A stretch of 41,599 nucleotides of DNA from Candidatus Saccharimonadales bacterium. Its GTDB lineage: Bacteria; Patescibacteriota; Saccharimonadia; Saccharimonadales; UBA7683. The DNA is taken from contig JBGSPG010000022.1 of NCBI GenBank assembly GCA_041738725.1, positions 1-41,599 of the forward strand, written 5' to 3'. The position numbers were made by a program, and so were the translations under genes. Positions 35,268 to 41,599 of the stretch are shown here, one piece after another (positions within the stretch are counted from its first letter, which is position 1; the number at the start of each line of letters is the position of its first letter). The notes under the pieces were generated by a model. It made no database searches and was not told the DNA's origin. It was given only the letters and a program-made list of their open reading frames with translations.

Positions 35268-35557
35268 ACCAGCGGATAAATATGTATCGCTATAAGGTCA
35301 CAAAGCTATTCCATACCCATGAGGCATTCGTAATCGCAACCGTCGTTCTACTACTACTTATGGGTGTAATACTAAGAATTAACACATTGAGTAATCTCCC
35401 AGTGGATGAAGGTTATTTTACTGAGAAGACGGACCAAGTGAAGAGTGTGACTTTCGATCAAGATGCAATTGAAAAAATCGAAGAATTACGTGATAGTAAC
35501 GTAACTGCTCCTGGTGCTGAGCTACCTACAAATAGGAACAATCCTTTCACCGAGTAG
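35264..35557 (+). CDS. Small single-pass membrane protein at the end of the pilus operon
   Basis: 97 aa, one TM helix (AFVIATVVLLLLMGVILRI), ATGA overlap with the upstream gene. Confidence 0.4.
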   Translation: MNQRINMYRYKVTKLFHTHEAFVIATVVLLLLMGVILRINTLSNLPVDEGYFTEKTDQVKSVTFDQDAIEKIEELRDSNVTAPGAELPTNRNNPFTE

Positions 35558-35593
35558 TTCTTCCTTGTAACCAAGCTTGCTATACTAGCATTC

Positions 35594-36055
35594 ATGGAAG
35601 AAGCTACTCTACAAACACGTAATCTCGATGAAACTATACAGCTCGGCAAAAAGCTAGGTGAAAATTTGCGTGGTGGTGAAGTTATTGAACTTACGAGTGA
35701 TCTAGGTGGCGGTAAAACTAGTTTGGTACGTGGCATTGCCGAGGGGTTTGGATCGGTGGACCCTGTATCGAGCCCTAGTTTTACTATCTGCAATACGTAT
35801 TCTCGTTCTGATGGTAAGCAGATATTTCATTTTGATTTTTACCGGTTAGATAATCCGGGAATAGTTGCAGACGAGCTAGCAGAAGTTATTGGAGACGAAA
35901 ATGTTGTTACTATTGTTGAATGGGGCGCTACCGTCCATGATGTACTACCGCCGAATAAAATTCTGATAACAATTACGACCGAATCTGAAGATGAACGTAC
36001 CGTAACATTTCAATATACTAAAGAATTTATATACGTTTATAAGGGGATAAAATGA
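35594..36055 (+). CDS. tsaE: tRNA t6A37 biosynthesis ATPase TsaE
   Basis: GGEVIELTSDLGGGKTSLVRGI (P-loop), SPSFTI, HFDFYRL, VEWG; TGcTATACT lies 7 nt upstream of the ATG. Confidence 0.85.
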   Translation: MEEATLQTRNLDETIQLGKKLGENLRGGEVIELTSDLGGGKTSLVRGIAEGFGSVDPVSSPSFTICNTYSRSDGKQIFHFDFYRLDNPGIVADELAEVIGDENVVTIVEWGATVHDVLPPNKILITITTESEDERTVTFQYTKEFIYVYKGIK

Positions 36056-36438
36056 TACTTGGACTCAGAACAGACAAACCAGAGGCAGAGCTGTACCTGG
36101 TTGAAGACAGCGCTATTGTTGATTCTCACAAGTGGCATGCGCATCGTGAACTTTCAGATACGCTGATTTCTAAAATTGAGGTACTCCTGTCTACTTATAA
36201 TGTGGCTGTGAATGAATTGGATGGAATTATCGTCTACCGCGGCCCGGGTTCATTCACCGGCCTGAGAATAGGTATTACGGTTGCGAACACACTGGCCTAC
36301 GCTGGTCAGATTAAGATCGTGGGTTCAGAAGGTGATGACTGGCTGAGTGATGGTATAGAAGCACTGCCGAATGCGCTGCAGAGCATAGTAACGCCGCTGT
36401 ATGGCAGCGATGCCCATATCACACAGCCCAGAAAGTAG
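36052..36438 (+). CDS. tsaB: TsaB-like protein, N-terminal half only
   Basis: MILGLRTD..., IVYRGPGSFTGLRIGITVANTLA; only 128 aa (typical TsaB is about 220-230 aa, from memory). Confidence 0.65.
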   Translation: MILGLRTDKPEAELYLVEDSAIVDSHKWHAHRELSDTLISKIEVLLSTYNVAVNELDGIIVYRGPGSFTGLRIGITVANTLAYAGQIKIVGSEGDDWLSDGIEALPNALQSIVTPLYGSDAHITQPRK

Positions 36439-36508
36439 TTTAAAGTAAATACTTGCAATCGGGATCTATACACGCTAAAATCATAAGCATAAACGGAAAA
36501 AATACACC

Positions 36509-36790
36509 ATGAAAAAAATTAGCAACCTACTCGCGTCATTCATCATCACCGCATCATTAGTATTCACGCCTGCAATTGCATTTGCTCAGGACGTGCCTGA
36601 AGTTACTGTTAGCGAGACGACTACCCCAACGTCAACACCAACCACTACAGCAGGTGTTCCTGAAACCGGTGTTGCTCCAGCGCCAAGTAAACTTGCCCAA
36701 AATACACTTGTTTTCGCAATCGGTGGTACCGTAGGTGCTGCTATAGGCCTCGGTATTATTACCCTGCGCAAAAAAAATACTCGTTCTTAA
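36509..36790 (+). CDS. Small Thr/Pro-rich secreted protein with an LPXTG-like sorting signal
   Basis: Signal peptide ending AFAQD, TTPTSTPTTT linker, VPETG, hydrophobic segment, RKKNTRS tail. Confidence 0.5.
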   Translation: MKKISNLLASFIITASLVFTPAIAFAQDVPEVTVSETTTPTSTPTTTAGVPETGVAPAPSKLAQNTLVFAIGGTVGAAIGLGIITLRKKNTRS

Positions 36791-36975
36791 TTTTTGTAAT
36801 TCCAAAACCCTACGTATTACTGTAAACTAAATGTAGTGTCGGCACTTTTACTGAAAAAGCGCCCGTAACTGCTAGATTTACTGAATAATACATACGCCCG
36901 ACACGCTCAACGATTTACCTAAATAAGTTCACTTAGATCTGTATTGGTCGTTGTCGTGCGTAGGAAGGATACAAC

Positions 36976-38493
36976 ATGGAAGTATTTGTGATACTCGCTG
37001 CGATCGCAGGGTTAACTGTTGGTTTTGGTGGAGCAACAGTAAGCACAAAAAAGAAGATCGGTTCTGCTGCTGAAAAGGCCTCAAAAGAGCTAGAAAAAGC
37101 AAAAAAGACATCAGAACAGATGGTGCTCGATGCCAAGAAGGATGCAGTCAAGGTTGCGGAAGATGCCAAGAAGGCTGACGACTCCAGGCGTAGAGAGTTA
37201 AAAGAAGTCGAGAACAGACTACTTAATCGAGAAGAGTCACTCGATAAAAAGTTTGATGATATAGACAAGCGAACAGAAAAACTTCGTGCCAATGAATCTG
37301 AGCTTGAAGATCTTAAAAATGAGGTACGCGCGATTCGTACCTCAGCTCAGGAAAAGTTAGAGAAAATTGCCAAACTCTCTAAAGCAGATGCTGCCGACAA
37401 ACTCATGCAAATGACCGAACGAGATATCAAGCATGATATGGAAGGTTTGATTGCTAAGCTCCAGAATGAAGCAGTAGAAACTGCTGAAGAAAACGCCCAA
37501 GTGATTCTTACTCAGGCAATGGAACGAATGGCCAGCGAAGTTACTGCTGAAAAAACAGTAACAGCAGTTCGTCTTGAAGACGAAGAGATGAAGGGTCGCA
37601 TTATTGGTAAAGAGGGTCGGAATATTCAAGCCCTACAGCGCGCAACCGGTGTCGATATTTTAGTAGACGACACACCAGGTATGATTATTCTTTCTTGCTT
37701 TGATCCTATCCGTCGGCAGGTTGCCAGAGTTGCAATGGAAACACTCCTAAAAGATGGTCGTGTTCATCCAGGACGTATTGAAGAGGTTGTAGAAAAGGCA
37801 CAGAAGCAGATAGATAAAGATATCGACCGTGCCGGAGAAGACGCAGTTAGAGAAATTGGTGTAGTCGGGCTGGTACCAAAAGAAATGATGCGCCTGCTCG
37901 GTGAACTTAAGTTTCGTACCAGTTACGGTCAGAACGTACTGAAGCACAGTACTGAAATGGCTCAAATTGGTGCGCTGATTGCAGAAGAAATTGGTGCCGA
38001 TGTTAAAACCGTGAAGGTTGCAGCGTTGCTCCACGATGTTGGTAAGGCGCTGACTCATAAAATTGAAGGTAAGCACCACCACATTAGTGCAGAGATGGCT
38101 CGTAAGTACGGCATGAGTGAGGCAATCTCGCACGCTATTGAAGCTCACCACGATGACGTAGAGGCAACTACACCAGAAGCACTCGTTGTACGTGTTGTAG
38201 ACGCTCTTTCAGCAGCTCGGCCAGGTGCGCGCAACATCAGCGCAGAAAACTTTGCGGAACGTATGCGTGAGCTTGAGAACGTTGCAATGGGATTCCCAGG
38301 AATAGACAAAGCTTACGCAATTTCTGCTGGGCGTGAAATAAGAATTATGGTTATGCCAGAAAAAATTGATGATTTAAGTGCTATTAAGCTTGCTCGTGAC
38401 ATTGCCAATAAAATAGAAAGCACCATGCAGTACCCGGGTACTATTAAGGTGAATGTCATCCGTGAAACTCGCGCGACTGAATACGCAAAGTAG
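36976..38493 (+). CDS. rny: Ribonuclease Y
   Basis: N-terminal TM helix, long coiled coil, KH domain (GRIIGKEGRNIQAL), HD domain (LLHDVGKA...HHDD). Confidence 0.95.
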   Translation: MEVFVILAAIAGLTVGFGGATVSTKKKIGSAAEKASKELEKAKKTSEQMVLDAKKDAVKVAEDAKKADDSRRRELKEVENRLLNREESLDKKFDDIDKRTEKLRANESELEDLKNEVRAIRTSAQEKLEKIAKLSKADAADKLMQMTERDIKHDMEGLIAKLQNEAVETAEENAQVILTQAMERMASEVTAEKTVTAVRLEDEEMKGRIIGKEGRNIQALQRATGVDILVDDTPGMIILSCFDPIRRQVARVAMETLLKDGRVHPGRIEEVVEKAQKQIDKDIDRAGEDAVREIGVVGLVPKEMMRLLGELKFRTSYGQNVLKHSTEMAQIGALIAEEIGADVKTVKVAALLHDVGKALTHKIEGKHHHISAEMARKYGMSEAISHAIEAHHDDVEATTPEALVVRVVDALSAARPGARNISAENFAERMRELENVAMGFPGIDKAYAISAGREIRIMVMPEKIDDLSAIKLARDIANKIESTMQYPGTIKVNVIRETRATEYAK

Positions 38494-38592
38494 CATACGC
38501 CGATCGTTAATTTCAATCTTATAATCTTGTTTGGATAAGCATAACAATTTTGTTACAATATCTGTATAGATTAAATAAGGAATAATTTTTAC

Positions 38593-39504
38593 ATGGATAA
38601 TTTTGGCGTAGCGACTCCACCCCAACCAGAAGGGCCTCGGCTTGATACGAATCCACAACAGCCTACATTTGTAGACCCAAATGTAGCCCAGATGCAAGGC
38701 TTTGCCTCTGTTCCAATGACAGATCCCAATGCACCACAACCGATGATGCAGCCTACTCCAGCTCCAGTTATGCCACAGATGAATCAAATAGATTCAATAC
38801 TTGATCCTCAGCCGATGCAAGCCGCTTCTGCTCAGGGTGGTGGCAAGGGTAAGAAGATTATCCTCATCATTGTAATGATACTCGTATTTGTCGGTGTCGG
38901 CGTAGGTGCATACTTCGTAGGTTTCACTGCAGGTAAAACTGCCGGAAGAACCGAAGCTGATGCTAAATACCAAGCAGAACAAGCCGCACTTCAAGAAGAA
39001 GACAAGGATTCAGGTACTTCCGAAAAACCCGAAGAGTTAGATCTGAGCGAACCTAAAGACCCAGACTATACTAAAGACGAGACACTTGAAGGCGCAATAA
39101 GTGAGGTCCTTACGGCGAGTGACGGTTTTGTGCTTCGAGTGAATAATATCGAGCGGAACTACAAAACAGATGACCCAGAATACAAGGCTGATGAAACGAA
39201 AGAACTTGTGAAAGTTAACTTCCAGATTGGTAACGGAACAAAATCTAAAACTATGGATGTGAACAACACGCCATTCCGTTTGACTGACTCAACTGATGCT
39301 GAGGTAGTTCCCGTCACACTCGCTGACTATGAAGGTAAGTTTGATGTAACTAAATTAGATCCGGGTGCTCAGTCAAACGCATCGCTTGTGTTTGCCGTAA
39401 CAAAAGACGATAAGCCACTTAAGTTTTCTCGAACACAGCCATATAGAATAAGTAATCAAAATAGAGAAGTCACCTTCAAATCTATCGTTACAATAGCAGA
39501 ATAA
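38593..39504 (+). CDS. Membrane-anchored protein: P/Q-rich N-terminus, TM helix, DUF4352-like beta-sandwich
   Basis: PQ-rich 80 aa, TM IILIIVMILVFVGVGVGAYFVGF, C-terminal region LVKVNFQIGNGT...FRLTDS...ASLVFAV resembling DUF4352. Confidence 0.5.
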   Translation: MDNFGVATPPQPEGPRLDTNPQQPTFVDPNVAQMQGFASVPMTDPNAPQPMMQPTPAPVMPQMNQIDSILDPQPMQAASAQGGGKGKKIILIIVMILVFVGVGVGAYFVGFTAGKTAGRTEADAKYQAEQAALQEEDKDSGTSEKPEELDLSEPKDPDYTKDETLEGAISEVLTASDGFVLRVNNIERNYKTDDPEYKADETKELVKVNFQIGNGTKSKTMDVNNTPFRLTDSTDAEVVPVTLADYEGKFDVTKLDPGAQSNASLVFAVTKDDKPLKFSRTQPYRISNQNREVTFKSIVTIAE

Positions 39505-39511
39505 GTATCCT

Positions 39512-39631
39512 GTCATTCCTGTGACCTGTGCCCCGAAGCCTAGGTGAAGGTGTAAGGCAGGAATCTCTGATCTATACTATAAAGATTCCTGATGGAGTTT
39601 ATGCTCGGCTACGATCGAGTACAGGAATGAC
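39512..39631. other. Structured ~120-nt intergenic element with two ATTCCTG and two CAGGAAT segments
   Basis: Outer stem GTCATTCCTGT (39512-39522)/ACAGGAATGAC (39621-39631) and inner stem CAGGAATCT (39558-39566)/AGATTCCTG (39583-39591), both perfect; segments 1:2 and 3:4 could pair alternatively. Confidence 0.5.
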
Positions 39632-39660
39632 TACTACTGATTGGCGTTTCAGTTAGCGTC

Positions 39661-39849
39661 TTAGACGTCTTGGCCACCGCGGAAGCCGAGTATGGCGATA
39701 ATGCAGCTTGCAAACAAGTTGATGATCATAACATTAATGACATCAAGCTCTGAGCTGATTCCGAGTAAAATTGCAGTACCTATCCACATAGTAGCAATTA
39801 TGCCGGCTGTGTAGGGGTATTTTACAAATAAGATTACGTCTTTAAACAT
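39661..39849 (-). CDS. Small two-helix membrane protein
   Basis: 62 aa, two hydrophobic helices; immediately downstream of the ABC1 kinase gene on the same strand. Confidence 0.4.
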   Translation of the reverse strand: MFKDVILFVKYPYTAGIIATMWIGTAILLGISSELDVINVMIINLFASCIIAILGFRGGQDV

Positions 39850-39881
39850 GTTATTATTATATCACAATCGTCAAATATTCG

Positions 39882-41474
39882 CTAGTCTTTCGATTCTTTG
39901 TCAGAATCAGAGGCCGGTACTTCTTTTACAAGATTCTTAGTAGCCGCCTTGGCAGCTTGTGGCTGCGCAGCGTTCATTTTATTAATGAATGTCTGGAACA
40001 GGGCCGGGTCTTTGTCTGCAACGCGCTCAAGCCACTTACTTATAGTCTCCATAGCACGGTTTACCGTCGGGAGCTGGGTGGTGTCCTGCGTGTATTCCGG
40101 AAAGTCGTTAGCGACCCGAGCTAGCGCAATATCTAGCATCTTTGGAATTACCGTAGTTTTACCACCAACGCTATCAACCAGTGTTATGTAGCTTTGGGCT
40201 GCACGCAGCATTTCACTATCGGTAATCTTCATAACAAGTCCGAATCGGTTTCCTTTGTTCACAACTTGGTTCATCATGGTCAAGATATTGCCATTTTCAA
40301 TTATATTTTCAAGCTCGTCTTGGTTCATACCACTCTTAAAGTTTTTTTCTGCGACTCTCCCCATTTGCCGCGTCAAATCGTTAGACGCATCGTCACCAGG
40401 AAGCATGGAGGTGATTTTTTTAAGCGCACGGTATAAATCACTTACAAAGAAGCGTAGAAACTGACCGAATAGTGCTGGAATGTCCATTTCGCCGCGCATA
40501 ACCTTGGCATATTCAACAAGTACGGCATAAAAAGCCGCCTTTTCTTTTGGACTCTGAGCGGAAATACCAAAATCTATCATTCCAATTTTGTTGTTTGGAA
40601 GCAGTTTTACATTTCCTGGGTGTGGATCACCTTGAATACGAGGCAGTGCAAATATACCGTAAATAAGTTCTACCCCAGCAATGGTGAGCTGCTCATCCAT
40701 ATCAGAGTTCAGTTGCTCCCGCACATACTGTTTAATATCTATACCTTGTTCACGAAGCTTTATCAGGTGAGCTACAGAAATTCCAGGCAAGTATTCTTGT
40801 ACAATTATATCTGGTGTACAGAGTTCAGTATAGGTTTTAGGAATAATAAAATCTGGGTGATCTTTGTATGCCTCGTATAACTCATTCGCAAACCGGGCCT
40901 CTTCAATGTAGTCAGTTTCACGAAGTGTAGCTCGCTTAAAATCTTCTACCGCCTGCTTTATATCGAGCTGCATATTACGCACCTTGCCGAGCGAAGTCTT
41001 CATAAATATACCAAGCAACTTCAGGTCGAAGGCAAGCGTTTCTCTAATCATTGGCCGGAGTACTTTTATAACTATTTGCGTACCATCTACGTGTTGACCG
41101 TAGTAAACTTGGCCAAAACTACCTGCTGCAAACGGCTCGGGGCTGATCGCAGTTACTTGTTTAATTTTAGTCGGTCCAAGTTCTGTCTGTAGGATTTCTT
41201 GAATGTTAAGTGGTTCAGACTCCAGGTTTTCAAAAATGTTGAGCCTATTTGGACTGCGCCAGTTCTTCATCATGGTACTTTTAAGCAGAACACCTTGTAA
41301 AAACTTAATATAGACGCCACCGAGTGCGGTAAATTCATCACATATAAGGTTATGCATTTCTGCGTCCATGTTTTTGCGGTGCAGAGCATATGCTTTTACA
41401 CCAACGCCGAGCACGGTTTTGGTCCGGTACCGTTTAATTAGTTTTATTTGTTTTGCGTGAGCGCTTGCAGCCAC
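39882..41474 (-). CDS. ABC1/UbiB/AarF-family atypical protein kinase
   Basis: PFAAGSFGQVYYG...VIKVLRP (Gly-rich loop and Lys), GDPHPGNV catalytic loop, IDFG; GTG start as in the track, N-terminus uncertain. Confidence 0.85.
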   Translation of the reverse strand: MAASAHAKQIKLIKRYRTKTVLGVGVKAYALHRKNMDAEMHNLICDEFTALGGVYIKFLQGVLLKSTMMKNWRSPNRLNIFENLESEPLNIQEILQTELGPTKIKQVTAISPEPFAAGSFGQVYYGQHVDGTQIVIKVLRPMIRETLAFDLKLLGIFMKTSLGKVRNMQLDIKQAVEDFKRATLRETDYIEEARFANELYEAYKDHPDFIIPKTYTELCTPDIIVQEYLPGISVAHLIKLREQGIDIKQYVREQLNSDMDEQLTIAGVELIYGIFALPRIQGDPHPGNVKLLPNNKIGMIDFGISAQSPKEKAAFYAVLVEYAKVMRGEMDIPALFGQFLRFFVSDLYRALKKITSMLPGDDASNDLTRQMGRVAEKNFKSGMNQDELENIIENGNILTMMNQVVNKGNRFGLVMKITDSEMLRAAQSYITLVDSVGGKTTVIPKMLDIALARVANDFPEYTQDTTQLPTVNRAMETISKWLERVADKDPALFQTFINKMNAAQPQAAKAATKNLVKEVPASDSDKESKD

Positions 41475-41485
41475 GGTGTAACCTA

Positions 41486-41599
41486 TTTTCCTGATCCAAA
41501 GCCGATAACAAATAAGGTTAGGGTGAATGCAGTCAGTGCGACATAGAGTTTGAACATATCACCAGGGTCTTGCACAAAAAATGCCATCAGGATTACGGC
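41486..41599 (-). CDS. C-terminal fragment of a membrane protein, truncated by the window edge
   Basis: The minus-strand frame reads ...AVILMAFFVQDPGDMFKLYVALTAFTLTLFVIGFGSGK-stop, ending 9 nt before the kinase start. Confidence 0.25.

Noticed and set aside
36933-38787. Minus-strand ORFs 36933-37292, 37357-37629, 37747-38151, 38313-38516 and 38374-38787
   Set aside because: All are antisense to rny or to the start of the DUF4352 gene. Their serine/leucine/phenylalanine-rich translations are typical antisense artefacts of a Lys/Glu-rich gene.
39512-39631. Interpretation of the structured element as a plain intrinsic terminator, or as SRP/4.5S RNA
   Set aside because: No T-run follows either stem on either strand. 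I could not find the conserved SRP helix-8 motifs by eye, apart from an AAGGCAG match that is too short to count. It is kept as an unexplained element in the findings instead.
1-41599. Alternative genetic code (UGA recoded, as in some candidate-phyla bacteria)
   Set aside because: TGA terminates many well-supported genes at the expected length, for example the ATGA overlaps at 4335, 4817, 24097 and 31403. Conserved proteins are full-length under code 11.

Overview
The window looks like a compact, gene-dense, mostly plus-strand bacterial chromosome segment. It uses the standard genetic code: TGA acts as a stop, including in several ATGA start/stop overlaps. The gene content suggests a reduced-genome, Gram-positive-like lineage such as Patescibacteria/Saccharibacteria, but that placement is inference only. 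Supporting content includes a complete type IV pilus cluster, a short ComEC, a lamin-tail-domain surface protein, a sortase-type substrate and few biosynthetic genes. Recognisable housekeeping genes are dnaJ, yebC, ruvC/ruvA/ruvB, recA/recX, tsaE/tsaB, rny, an ABC1/UbiB-type kinase and one tRNA-Lys(UUU). Four things stand out. (1) Directly 3' of tRNA-Lys there is an integron-like array of single-gene cassettes: GT2 glycosyltransferase, an empty slot, alpha/beta hydrolase, SET-domain protein, SWIM protein, then an M15 peptidase. Each junction repeats the last ~10-22 nt of the tRNA (TGGCCCTCCA), followed by a conserved spacer, a hairpin terminator and an extended -10 promoter placed to give a leaderless mRNA. 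No recombinase is visible in the window. (2) An operon pairs two ATP-grasp ligases (RimK and a RimK-related enzyme) with two peptidase-like proteins (a RimB/DUF785-like retropepsin and a DUF1704/QEGLA-like protein). This suggests a C-terminal amino-acid tailing and trimming module. (3) Extended -10 promoters (TGnTAnnnT) lie 5-8 nt upstream of the ATG for at least 14 genes, so leaderless transcription appears pervasive. (4) Several non-coding elements remain unexplained: a four-segment alternative-pairing element at 39512-39631, a 485-nt promoter-bearing gap between ruvC and ruvA, and tRNA debris upstream of tRNA-Lys. All protein calls rest on motifs read by eye from the supplied translations. 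No database search was run.
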